From Candidatus Tidjanibacter gallistercoris (GTDB taxonomy: Bacteria > Bacteroidota > Bacteroidia > Bacteroidales > Rikenellaceae), in contig DXFY01000075.1 in assembly GCA_019114205.1 (NCBI GenBank), positions 15,297 through 79,296 of the forward strand: DNA of 64,000 nucleotides, read 5' to 3'. Both the position numbers and the translations under genes were made by a program. Positions 9,170-18,561 of this stretch are shown piece by piece. Below the pieces are notes generated by a model. That model did not search any database, had not been told where the DNA came from, and saw nothing but the letters and a program-made list of their open reading frames with translations. Every line of letters begins with the position of its first letter. The first letter of the stretch is position 1.

Positions 9170-10084
9170 CTACCGCACCTCCAGGATGGTTCTCACACCG
9201 TACTGATAGATGGGGAGGACGGCGCTTCCCAGTTCGGTTTTGTTCAACATTACCCGACAGTCCACGATATCGGCAACGGCATATTCCGCTTCGGAAGTGC
9301 GCGGCGAGCGTTTGCGCTGAGGCGGATAAACGGAAACGGCCATACCCTGCGGACGGCACTCCAACACGACCGGCTCGCCCGAAAGGTCGTCGGCCGGGAG
9401 CACTCCCCGGTCTTCGCGGAACCGGCATACCACGAACGTTTCCGCATCCGCACGGGGTACCACGAAGTAACGTACCGTATAGGTCGTCACGGTACGTTTG
9501 CCGAAAAAGAGTTCGAGGTACTCCTCTTCCATGCGGTCCATCCGCTCCACTGCGGTAGCGAGCCCGGCCCCGTAGACCGTTTCGGCATAATCCCCCGTCA
9601 CGAGTTCCGCCCGTCTGTTGCGCAGGTCGAAAATCGTCCGTGCAGCTTCTTTAGCCGCATCTTCGAGGCTGCTCCCCGAAGCGCTCCGCCGGTCGGGGAG
9701 CACACGCGGAAACTCCTCCGCACTGCCGTTATTGGAATAAACTTCGGTACGGGGAGCGGGCAGCGCTCCGATGCTGCGGCCGTACCCGGCCGCAGCATCG
9801 CACAAACCGACCGAAGCCGACAACAGCGTATAGGTTTCCTTGTCGGCGAGCGGCGCGATGACGCCGAAATACTTCTGGGCGAAACGGGCGTAAGGGCCCG
9901 TAACCACCCGCTCCTTCGATACGGTCAAATCGACCGCCACGGTCGTTTGCGGCAACACGTAAGCCCGACTGCCGTCCGGCATCGTCGCATCGCCCACGGG
10001 CATCATTTCGAGCACCTGCCCGTAAGCCGTGCCCGCAAAGACCGTCAGCGCGGCCGCGGCGAGCATCATCCTGATTTTTCCCAT
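9170..10084 (-). CDS. DUF4831 family secreted protein
   Basis: Signal peptide; YVLPQT, GPYARFAQKYFG, IFDLR..R..L.TGD, YLELFFGK and IYQYG match DUF4831 as recalled. Confidence 0.75.
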   Translation of the reverse strand: MGKIRMMLAAAALTVFAGTAYGQVLEMMPVGDATMPDGSRAYVLPQTTVAVDLTVSKERVVTGPYARFAQKYFGVIAPLADKETYTLLSASVGLCDAAAGYGRSIGALPAPRTEVYSNNGSAEEFPRVLPDRRSASGSSLEDAAKEAARTIFDLRNRRAELVTGDYAETVYGAGLATAVERMDRMEEEYLELFFGKRTVTTYTVRYFVVPRADAETFVVCRFREDRGVLPADDLSGEPVVLECRPQGMAVSVYPPQRKRSPRTSEAEYAVADIVDCRVMLNKTELGSAVLPIYQYGVRTILEVR

Positions 10085-10213
10085 AAGTACTATTTCGTTT
10101 AAAGAACACACATAAAGAACACACATTCCCTCCGCACCGGCCGGGGGCGTTCGCTGCGGTACTACAAATCTAACGCTTTTTCAGAAAAACGGAAACCCTG
10201 CGGCGACAAACCC

Positions 10214-11095
10214 TCAGAACCGCAGGTAAAAACCGCCCGTCAGCCTGCAGTACTCTTCGGTATAGCTTCCCGGAGCCCCGCCCGTCTCAATCGTCAGGGT
10301 ATCTTCCGCTACGGCCGCCGAACAGCGGTCGGCGAAAGCAAGTTCGAGCAGCACGCGCTTCGGGGCGGCTCCCGCAAGGGTACGGACGAACGTGCACCGG
10401 TTCGGACCGAGCCCCGCGGCATGCGCCAGCTCCAGAAAACGTGTTCTGTTCTCCGCCGGCAGCACCACCGAAAAAATGCCTTCCGGTGCGAGGAGCCGCA
10501 CCGCGCACTCCAGCAATTCTGCATAAGGCAGCGAATCCGTGTGCCGCGCCCGGCTGCGTCCCGCATGCGGAGAGCGCAGCGCATCCACGAACCACGGCGG
10601 ATTGGAAACGATTTGGTCATACCGCAGCGCCTGCAACGGGTCGCCGCCTGCCGCAGCCCGTTCCCCGACGGTCGTTCCGAAAGGGATGCGGCTCACACCA
10701 AAAGCATTCTCCGATACCGCCTGCGGGACTTCCCTGCCGCGGGCAGCCGCCAACGGCGCCGTACAACCCGGAACGAAATCCCGGATACCGCAGCAGTACA
10801 CCCCGACCATTCCGGCCCACGGCGACGCGGCCGCATTCGCCGCAGCCTGCACGGCGCTGTCGCCGTCCAGTTCCACGGCATCCACCTTAGACTCCGCCGC
10901 GAACCCTGCCTCCTCCGTCCGCTGGGCGAGCATCAGCGCGATGACTCCCGTCCCGGTTCCTATATCCAGATAACGCGCAGGACGGGGCAGCACGCGCGCC
11001 CACGCACCGAGCAGTACCCCATCGGTACCCACCTTCATGGCGGCGCCCGCCTGCTCCACAACAAACTTTTTGAATCTGAATCGGTCGTTCGACAT
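10214..11095 (-). CDS. yfiC: tRNA1(Val) (adenine37-N6)-methyltransferase, with an internal insertion of about 50 aa
   Basis: FRFKKFVV..AMKVGTDGVLLGAW, LDIGTGTGVIALMLAQR, SNPPWF, ARH and KRVLLE; start placed at MSNDR (11095). Confidence 0.85.
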   Translation of the reverse strand: MSNDRFRFKKFVVEQAGAAMKVGTDGVLLGAWARVLPRPARYLDIGTGTGVIALMLAQRTEEAGFAAESKVDAVELDGDSAVQAAANAAASPWAGMVGVYCCGIRDFVPGCTAPLAAARGREVPQAVSENAFGVSRIPFGTTVGERAAAGGDPLQALRYDQIVSNPPWFVDALRSPHAGRSRARHTDSLPYAELLECAVRLLAPEGIFSVVLPAENRTRFLELAHAAGLGPNRCTFVRTLAGAAPKRVLLELAFADRCSAAVAEDTLTIETGGAPGSYTEEYCRLTGGFYLRF

Positions 11096-11148
11096 TGCAA
11101 AAAACGACGGCCCGCCTCCCCTGCATCCGCGCACAGAGAACGGGGCCG

Positions 11149-11919
11149 TCAATAATACGTTATCGTCCGCTCCTCCACCCTGCGGGGAACCGCGGCTCCG
11201 CTGCCGTCTGCATCGTACACGACACGCGACGTCCAGTTGCCCTCCCCGTCGAAGGCGGTGTATTCCAGACGGGTGGCTCCGGTCATCGCACCGTCGGTGC
11301 AATCGGTTATCTCCGTCGGATTGCCGTCGCGGTCGTAGGTATATTCCAGCACGGTATCGTACGCCTCCGAACGCCATTCCTGTCGCACGGGCAGCCGCCC
11401 GCGGTACCGCGTGACAAACTCCACCGTATCGCCCCCGTCGAACACACAGACGTTCCGGGAACGGTTTCCGCGCCGCTCGAAACGCTCCTCGACCACCAGC
11501 CGTCCCTGCTCGTCGTACGTACGGCGCACATGGTTCTCCCCGTCGCCCCACGCGAACCCGACGGTACGGTCGCCGCCGAAATAGACCGAACGGCACACGA
11601 TGCTGTCCGTACGACCGTCCGGGCCGTATGTATAGTCGTCCCAGCCGACCAACATCCCGCCGAGATAATATTCCGCATGAACCGTATTGCCGTCCCTGTC
11701 GAAACGGTACGAACGATTCGTCCGGGGGTCTTCGACCGGCACCCCCCTTTCCACCCGCCCGTCGGCAGCGACCGCTTCGTACGCCGTCACCGTCACGGAA
11801 CAGACCGCCCCTTTGAGCCCCAGGGCCTCGCGACCGCTGACCGGTCTGCCGTCCGAACACCCCGTCGCCGCCATGCACACGGCACAAAGTGCAATACCTA
11901 TGTCTCGTATCTTCTTCAT
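11149..11919 (-). CDS. Lipoprotein with YD/RHS-like repeats
   Basis: Lipobox AATG-C, GLKGAV.SV motif, and repeated Y.FDRDGN / YDEQGR / YTYDRDGN / FDGEGNW units. Confidence 0.65.
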   Translation of the reverse strand: MKKIRDIGIALCAVCMAATGCSDGRPVSGREALGLKGAVCSVTVTAYEAVAADGRVERGVPVEDPRTNRSYRFDRDGNTVHAEYYLGGMLVGWDDYTYGPDGRTDSIVCRSVYFGGDRTVGFAWGDGENHVRRTYDEQGRLVVEERFERRGNRSRNVCVFDGGDTVEFVTRYRGRLPVRQEWRSEAYDTVLEYTYDRDGNPTEITDCTDGAMTGATRLEYTAFDGEGNWTSRVVYDADGSGAAVPRRVEERTITYY

Positions 11920-12068
11920 TCCGTCCGAAATCGAATTACCGTTCCCGCCCGGCCGCAGTCCGCGGCGGTGTCCGCGGAATACGGAGTCCGTCCGATTGCT
12001 TCCGCCTCCGCTGCCGCATCTTTTCCGAAGCATCCGCCGCCTTCGCATCAGTACCGGAAACAACGGCG

Positions 12069-12890
12069 TCATTCCAAATAACCGTCGATGCCCGCCCCGA
12101 ACAGGGCGAAATCGTACCGCACCGGGTCTTCCGGCTCCAGCTCCCGGAGCGCCGCCGTCACCTGCTCGACTGCCCGCCAGTCGTTCTGTCTGCGTTGCAG
12201 GAGCCCCAGCGCCCGCGCCATGTTCCCGCTGTGCACGTCCAGCGGAAGGTAAAGCGCCGATGCGGGTATCCCCTTCCACATGCCGAAATCCACGCCCCGT
12301 CCGTCGTCGCGCACCATCCAGCGCAGGTACATGTTGAGCCGTTTACACGTGGCCTGTCGCTCGATGGACGGGACGTGTTTCTCGCAGCGGGACGGGTGGG
12401 CGCATGCGAAGAACTCGTGCCTGAAATCGGCCAGCACCCTTCGCAGGTCGCCCGTGGCGGCATAACGCGCTTCAAAAAACGCGCCGATACCTCCATGCAC
12501 CGCACACATGCGGCGCAGCGCCGCGACGAACGCCGCAAAATCCTGTCCGTTGAAGGTGCGGTGCACGAAACCTTCCAGCCCACGCAGTTCGCCCGGCGAG
12601 GCATTCATCGTGAAATCGTACGGCGCATAGTCCAACAATTCCATCATCCGCCGTCCGTTCCGCACAATGACCTTTCGGTTGCCCCACGCGATAACGGCGG
12701 CAAGGAAGCCGGCTATCTCCCGGTCCTGCCGCTCCGTGAACATGTGGGGAACCGATACGGGGTCGTCTTCTATGAACGCCGCCGTATCGTATTTGTCGTA
12801 AAGCGCATCGAGCAGCTCCTTCAGTTCCTCTTTTTCCACAGGTATCCGTTTCCTCCCGGCGAAATTACGCAAAAGGTTCCGTACCTGCAA
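12069..12890 (-). CDS. TIGR02757 / DUF2400 family protein
   Basis: FIEDDPVSVPH, DREIAGF, AWGNRK, CKRLNMYLRWMVR, PLDVH and DPVRYDFALFG. The true start may be the GTG at 12839. Confidence 0.88.
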   Translation of the reverse strand: MQVRNLLRNFAGRKRIPVEKEELKELLDALYDKYDTAAFIEDDPVSVPHMFTERQDREIAGFLAAVIAWGNRKVIVRNGRRMMELLDYAPYDFTMNASPGELRGLEGFVHRTFNGQDFAAFVAALRRMCAVHGGIGAFFEARYAATGDLRRVLADFRHEFFACAHPSRCEKHVPSIERQATCKRLNMYLRWMVRDDGRGVDFGMWKGIPASALYLPLDVHSGNMARALGLLQRRQNDWRAVEQVTAALRELEPEDPVRYDFALFGAGIDGYLE

Positions 12891-13240
12891 CGATTAAGGG
12901 TATCCGCACGTGCGCCCCTCTGGCTTCCGGTACGCCTGCCGCAAAGCGCATCCGCAGGCTCCCGCGGAATCCGGCACGACAGACTGCCGGCATTTTCCAT
13001 CCGCCACCGTTCCTGCGGCAACAGAAAAGATACATAACACAGCTGTACGCCGCCGGCGTCTTCCGTCATGACATAACAGAAAATTGCGCGAAAGGCATTG
13101 CTTGCCACCTGCTGCCGGTCCCACTCTTGCGAGAAGAAGCGGGCCGCGTTTCCACCGTCCGACAGCTACCGTCCGCACGCCCCCGCAGCCGGAATGAAAC
13201 GACGATGCCGTTCGGGGGAAAGGAACTTGCCATACAAACG

Positions 13241-13273
13241 AATCGAGCCGGCTTATATTCAGCCGGCTCGATT
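13241..13273 (-). terminator. 13-bp perfect hairpin directly downstream of tRNA-Glu(CTC)
   Basis: aatcgagccggct-tatattc-agccggctcgatt. Confidence 0.7.
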
Positions 13274-13281
13274 TTGAGATG

Positions 13282-13353
13282 TACTCCATACCAGAATCGA
13301 ACTGGTATTTGCAGAATGAGAATCTGCTGTCCTAACCGTTAGACGAATGGAGC
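13282..13353 (-). tRNA. tRNA-Glu(CTC)
   Basis: Reverse complement GCTCCATTCGTCTAACGGTTAGGACAGCAGATTCTCATTCTGCAAATACCAGTTCGATTCTGGTATGGAGTA; anticodon stem GCAGA/TCTGC, loop TTCTCAT, T-stem ACCAG/CTGGT. Confidence 0.9.
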
Positions 13354-13613
13354 GGTTATTCTGCCCGAAGGATACCCCTCGAAAGCAGGACAAAAGTAGA
13401 CAAAATATCCGAATCCGCAAAATATCTTTCAGAGAAATCGTCAGGCCGCGCCGCCGTATTTTCCGCACGGCTGCACAGCGACAGGCGGAACGGATTGCGG
13501 AAAACGGGGGGCGCGCAGAGGCCGTTCCCGTATCGCGGTGTTTCCTTTCCCGGCGGGCTCCGGAATACCGTGCCGTCCCTTAAAGTTCCCGTCGCCGGAG
13601 CCATGCGGCCGCA

Positions 13614-13934
13614 TCAGACCATCTTCAAACCGATTACCGATGCTATCAGCGTGACGATGAAAAACAGGCGGGCGAACGTGAGCGGCTCGTGGAAGCACAC
13701 GATTCCCAGCACGACCGTACCCACCGCACCGATACCCGTCCATACGGGATAGGCCGTGCTGACGGGCAGTGTCTGAACTGCCTTCGCGAGCAACAGCATG
13801 CTGACGGTCAGACAGGCAAGAAACCCCGCACCCCACAGATACCATTCGGTTCCCGTCGCTTCCTTCATCTTCCCCAGACAAAAGGCGAAACCCGACTCGA
13901 ACAGTCCGGCCACGACCAAAAGAATCCAATCCAT
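13614..13934 (-). CDS. Small multidrug resistance (SMR/DMT) transporter, SugE-like
   Basis: 106 aa with four TM helices, membrane Glu in AGLFE, TAYPVWTGIGAVG and IGLK C-terminus. Confidence 0.88.
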   Translation of the reverse strand: MDWILLVVAGLFESGFAFCLGKMKEATGTEWYLWGAGFLACLTVSMLLLAKAVQTLPVSTAYPVWTGIGAVGTVVLGIVCFHEPLTFARLFFIVTLIASVIGLKMV

Positions 13935-14093
13935 CTTCCTGCGATTTATATGTTTCCGAAACATACGGCGAATGTAGCCCATTCCCGGCACATGCCTCTT
14001 TACATTTGATAAGAAAAGAAAAGGATGCCACCTCCCCCGCCGGCAAATACATCGTATCTTTGCCGAACCGGACGATACGCACACCCGCCCTCC

Positions 14094-14657
14094 ATGGAAC
14101 TGAAAGACATCATCGACGGCATCCAACCGCTGCCGGAAGCATCGGCTGCCAGGCTCGCATCCTACGCATCCGAAATCCGTTACCCGAAAGGTCACCATAT
14201 TTTGCAGGCCGGACGGAGGGAACCGGACATCTTCTTCATCGCCCGCGGAATCGCCCGCGCCTACGTTACGCACGAAGGCAGGGAAATCACCTTCTGGATA
14301 GGAGAGGAGGGCGCAGCCGTCGTATCGCTTCGGAGCTACGTCCGCAACGAACAGGGATACGAGCACATCGAACTCATGGAAGACTCTACGCTGTACCGCC
14401 TGAAGCGGGACGACCTGGAACGCCTCTACCGCGAAGACATCCATATCTGCAACTGGGGCCGAAAATTCGCTGAATCGGAACTGCTTCAAACGGAAGAAAA
14501 GCTCATACCCCTGCTCTTCACGACGGCTGCCGAACGGTACCGGCTCCTGCTCGAACAGCATCCCGGCCTGCTGCAACGCATGCCCCTGGAATACCTTGCC
14601 TCCTGGCTGGGAATCACGCCCGTGAGCCTAAGCCGCATCCGGGCGAAGCTGAAATGA
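14094..14657 (+). CDS. Crp/Fnr family transcriptional regulator
   Basis: cNMP-binding-like N-terminus (IARGIARAY) and C-terminal HTH (AERY..LL..HP.LLQRMPLEYLASWLGITPVSLSRIR). Confidence 0.9.
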   Translation: MELKDIIDGIQPLPEASAARLASYASEIRYPKGHHILQAGRREPDIFFIARGIARAYVTHEGREITFWIGEEGAAVVSLRSYVRNEQGYEHIELMEDSTLYRLKRDDLERLYREDIHICNWGRKFAESELLQTEEKLIPLLFTTAAERYRLLLEQHPGLLQRMPLEYLASWLGITPVSLSRIRAKLK

Positions 14658-14958
14658 GACACGGCCTCCCACAAACAGCCGACAGGCCTGCGGCATCCTG
14701 ACGACATATCGCCCCGCCTGCGGTTGAGCGGGCGCAATTCCACGCTTTGTATTTTTCGACGCACCTGCGGCCTCACGCCCCCTACGGAACCGTCCGCCGC
14801 ACGGCAGCGTTTTCCCGGCTCCGGCCGCCCGACCGGAACGGCCGCGGCGGACGGGCCATCCGATATGCGGCGATGCTCGTACCCGCTCCAGAGCCGCACC
14901 GAAAACGAAAAGCGGACATCCGCCGATGCCCGCTCCGTTCGATTATGTTTCCTGCGAA

Positions 14959-15219
14959 CTATTCGTTCACGGGGGTTACGCTCACGTACGACCTGCCGTT
15001 GGTCTTCTTTGCGAAGGAAACCGTTCCGTCCACGAGGGCGAACAGGGTGTGGTCTTTGCCCATCCCCACATTCTCGCCGGGATTGTGTACGGTACCCCGC
15101 TGGCGTACGATGATATTGCCCGCTTTGGCGAATTCGCCGCCGAACAACTTCACTCCGAGCCGCTTGCTTTCCGACTCACGACCGTTCTTAGAGCTACCTA
15201 CTCCTTTCTTGTGTGCCAT
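14959..15219 (-). CDS. rpmA: 50S ribosomal protein L27
   Basis: [27 protein letters not shown] and GKDHTLFAL. Confidence 0.98.
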   Translation of the reverse strand: MAHKKGVGSSKNGRESESKRLGVKLFGGEFAKAGNIIVRQRGTVHNPGENVGMGKDHTLFALVDGTVSFAKKTNGRSYVSVTPVNE

Positions 15220-15238
15220 CTTCTGCGAATTTTAGACG

Positions 15239-15553
15239 TTAAGCGACTGTGATGTCTTCGATAAGAATCTGGGTGAGGTACTGGCGGTGACCGTTTTTGA
15301 CCTTATACCCTTTCCTGCGTTTTTTCTTGAACACGATAATCTTGTCGTCCTTGAGGTGGCGCACGATTTTAGCGTTCACGGAAGCTCCTTCTACCACAGG
15401 TGAGCCTACCTTGACCTGACCGTCGTTATCCGTTAGCAGGACTTTGTCGAAACTCACCGAGGAACCTTCGTCCCCCTGAAGACGGTTTACATAGAGTTTC
15501 CGACCTTTCTCAGCCTTGAACTGTTTGCCTGCGATTTCTACTATTACGTACAT
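15239..15553 (-). CDS. rplU: 50S ribosomal protein L21
   Basis: MYVIVEIAGKQFK and FKKKRRKGYKVKNGHRQ; start at 15553 inside the long track ORF. Confidence 0.97.
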   Translation of the reverse strand: MYVIVEIAGKQFKAEKGRKLYVNRLQGDEGSSVSFDKVLLTDNDGQVKVGSPVVEGASVNAKIVRHLKDDKIIVFKKKRRKGYKVKNGHRQYLTQILIEDITVA

Positions 15554-15587
15554 ATTCTTTATAAAGAATTTTTTGCGAATCAGCGTG

Positions 15588-15595
15588 CAAAGATA
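15588..15595 (-). promoter_or_regulatory. -7 promoter element (TATCTTTG) for rplU-rpmA
   Basis: caaagata on plus, 35 nt upstream of the rplU ATG. Confidence 0.7.
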
Positions 15596-15958
15596 ACAAT
15601 TTTCCCGGTACGGCACAAACATCCGCTGCTTTTTCCGGAATCCTTTCCCCGCTCCCTCCGTTCCGCGGTTCGGGGAACAGTCCGCCGCGAACGGAACGGG
15701 CATCGCCTCCGTCCGCTCTTCCGCACACGCATGCTTCGGGAAGCCGGAACCGAAAGCATTGCGGCGCAAGGCAGCCGCTTCCGGGCAGACGATACGGCAG
15801 TCCGCCGCTCCGGCCCCGTGCGGCGGAACGGGCGCGACGGGAAAATGACATCGGACGCGTATTGCGGCAATGCGGGATTTTGCTTTATTTTGCATAATGG
15901 ATTTCCGTACGAACCGCAGGATGCCGCCCCGCACGGAAAACGAAACACACTCTACGAC

Positions 15959-17494
15959 ATGCGCAAAACCCTTACGGCACTCTTGTGCTTTATCCTGTCG
16001 GCCGCAGCAACGGCCGAAGAACCCCGCACCCTGCGCATCGAACCGCTGCACAACGAAAAATGGTGGGGCCTCTTCACCGGAGGCGGCCCGAACCAACCTT
16101 TCGCGGCCCCGTTCGACACCGCCGGATACGACACGTGCGGCGTATTCGTCACTCCCTTCATGCTCTCCGGCAACGGCAGTTTCATCCGGAGCGACACCCC
16201 CTTCGCGGTGCATTACGACGGCACGGCCTTTACCGTGACCGCTGCCGAGGGCCGGCCCGAAACGGGAAAGGGGGGCCGGACACTGCGCGAAGCCTATCTG
16301 TACTGCGTTCACAAATACGTCTGGGCGCAGGAAGCTCCCGCCGATAACCGGCTCTTCCCGCAGCCCGTCTACGACACCGGCCTTTCCGCACGGCTCACTG
16401 CGGCAAGCGGTGCGGCCCTGCTCGCCGCAGCCGACTCCGTCGCCGCAAAGGGTTATCCCGCCGGCACCCTGCTGATTTCCGACGGTTGGCAGGACCATGC
16501 GGCAGAGGGATGCTTCGACCGCAACCTGTACGACTCGTTCCCTGCACTGGCCGCAGAGCTCGCCCGGCGGGGATTTTCCGTGATGCTCACCGTCACGCCG
16601 TATATTCCCGCTGCGGGCCCCGACTATGTTGCGGCCCGGCGGGAAGGTCTGCTGCTTGCCGGGCCGGACGGCCGCCCGGCAATCGTCCGGACGCCCTCCG
16701 GTTACTACGCATGCCTGGACATGACGCAGCCCGAAGCGGTCGCGCGCCTCGATGCGAAACTGACACGCGCGCGGGAAGCAGGTGTCGCCGGCTTCTATTT
16801 CGACTGCCACCGCGTCCGCGATGCGGTCGCATGCGACGAAACGTTCAAAACCTATATGGGACATTGGACGGCGCTCGGCCATCGCCACGGTGCGGCCATG
16901 TATCCGCTTGCGCAGGAAGCTCCCGCACAGTGGCTTCCCTACTCCCTCTCGCCCGAAGGCGGCATCTCGTGGGAATCCCTGCGCCGGACGCTGGAGACCG
17001 CCCTCGATGCGGGCCTCACGGGCCATACGTATCCCTACCTGTCGCTGACCTCCTCGGCCGGCCACTGCGCCGACGAACGGTTGCTGCTGCGGGCCGTACA
17101 ACTCGCGCTGTTCATGCCCCTCGCGGCCGTTCCTGCGGACGGGAGCCTCTTCACGGACGAAGTATGCCGCAGGGCGCTGCGGCAATCCGTCGCCCTGCGC
17201 ATGGAGATGAACGAATACATGACTGAACTGCTGCACGAGGCGGCCGCCACCGGCGAACCGCTGATGCGCCACATGGAGTACCAGTTTCCCGGCCAGGGTT
17301 TCTGGAACTGTACCGACCAGTATATGCTCGGCGCCCGGTACCTCGTGGCTCCGGTGCTCGACGACAGAGACAAGAGAACGGTCAGGCTGCCGCGCGGAAC
17401 CTGGATAGCCGCCGACGGAACGAAATACAGGGGCCCCCGCGTCCTCAACGTCGATGTGAGCGACGGGAGCATTCCCGTCTTCCGGCTGCGGTGA
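15959..17494 (+). CDS. Glycoside hydrolase family 31-like secreted protein (possibly non-catalytic)
   Basis: Signal peptide; GFYFD nucleophile region; C-terminal GEPLMRHMEYQFP..DQYMLG..YLVAPV..LPRGTW typical of GH31. Confidence 0.75.
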   Translation: MRKTLTALLCFILSAAATAEEPRTLRIEPLHNEKWWGLFTGGGPNQPFAAPFDTAGYDTCGVFVTPFMLSGNGSFIRSDTPFAVHYDGTAFTVTAAEGRPETGKGGRTLREAYLYCVHKYVWAQEAPADNRLFPQPVYDTGLSARLTAASGAALLAAADSVAAKGYPAGTLLISDGWQDHAAEGCFDRNLYDSFPALAAELARRGFSVMLTVTPYIPAAGPDYVAARREGLLLAGPDGRPAIVRTPSGYYACLDMTQPEAVARLDAKLTRAREAGVAGFYFDCHRVRDAVACDETFKTYMGHWTALGHRHGAAMYPLAQEAPAQWLPYSLSPEGGISWESLRRTLETALDAGLTGHTYPYLSLTSSAGHCADERLLLRAVQLALFMPLAAVPADGSLFTDEVCRRALRQSVALRMEMNEYMTELLHEAAATGEPLMRHMEYQFPGQGFWNCTDQYMLGARYLVAPVLDDRDKRTVRLPRGTWIAADGTKYRGPRVLNVDVSDGSIPVFRLR

Positions 17495-17624
17495 CCGGCC
17501 CGAAAAAAGCCGCTGCGCCACAATAGTCCGCAGCTTGCGGCGTTGTTCTTGCGAAGGGGGAACCGCGCCGAATGGTACGAAAAATGCTGCCTTCGCTGCA
17601 AAACGTCAAAACACGATACACGAC

Positions 17625-18467
17625 ATGATAACCAGGGAACAGAAGGAATATCTTTTGCCCAAGGCATACAATGCCGCGATAAGGGCCGGTGCCGCGATAC
17701 TCGAAATATACGACAGCGGCGAACCGATTGACATCGGCATCAAGAGCGACCGCTCGCCCATCATCGTGGCCGACCGCATGGCGCATTCCACCATCAGGGA
17801 GTATCTCGGCCAGACGCGCATCCCGCTCCTGAGCGAGGAGGGGCGCGAAATGCTCTATGCCGAACGCAAGGACTGGGACCTGTTCTGGATGGTGGACCCG
17901 CTGGACGGTACGGTGGAGTTCATCAAGGGAAACGGCGAGTTCACGGTGAACATCGCCCTGATGGCCGACAACAGACCCGCTTTCGGCGTGATTTACGTAC
18001 CTTACAAGAAGCGCATCTATTTTTCCGACGCTGACCTCGGCGCATTCCGTACCGGCAACGTGGATGCAGACCCCGAAGCGGAATATTGCTATGCGGACAT
18101 CACCTGCGGCGCCGAACCGCTTCCCGTGAACAAATGCCGCAACACGCCGCTGCGGATAGCCGTCAGCCGCTCCCACCGCAACGAGGAAACCGCACGCCAT
18201 CTGGAGGGAATGATGCGGGAACACCCCGGAGCCCAGGTGCTGGAACAGGGCAGTTCATACAAGCTGTGCCTGATTGCGGAAGGCTCCGTAGACTATTATC
18301 CGCGCACCACCGAAACCTACGAATGGGATACTGCGGCCGGGGAATCCATCATCGCCCTGGCGGGAGGCTGCATCTACTCGCTCGACGATTCGGCCGCACT
18401 CCGCTACAACAAGGAATCGCTGGTCAATCCCCGCTTCGCCTGCCGCAGCAAATGGTTCGACCGGTAG
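17625..18467 (+). CDS. cysQ: 3'(2'),5'-bisphosphate nucleotidase CysQ
   Basis: LSEEG, DPLDGT.EF, FTVNIAL, VSRSH, GSSYKLC.IAEG and EWDTAAG. Confidence 0.92.
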   Translation: MITREQKEYLLPKAYNAAIRAGAAILEIYDSGEPIDIGIKSDRSPIIVADRMAHSTIREYLGQTRIPLLSEEGREMLYAERKDWDLFWMVDPLDGTVEFIKGNGEFTVNIALMADNRPAFGVIYVPYKKRIYFSDADLGAFRTGNVDADPEAEYCYADITCGAEPLPVNKCRNTPLRIAVSRSHRNEETARHLEGMMREHPGAQVLEQGSSYKLCLIAEGSVDYYPRTTETYEWDTAAGESIIALAGGCIYSLDDSAALRYNKESLVNPRFACRSKWFDR

Positions 18468-18561
18468 CGGTTCCGCTCCGGCCGGGAGCGATTCCCAATG
18501 CGGGAAACGGCCGGACAGGTGCGGGCCGGCAAAGCGGAAAGCCGCCGGCGTGCAGCGCCGT

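Noticed and set aside
11149-11919. Rhs polymorphic toxin
   Set aside because: Only 256 aa, lipoprotein signal, no PxxxxDPxG core end, no toxin domain or immunity gene.
13935-14093. Guanidine riboswitch upstream of the SMR gene
   Set aside because: No paired ACGR-loop hairpins or ykkC consensus visible on the minus strand.
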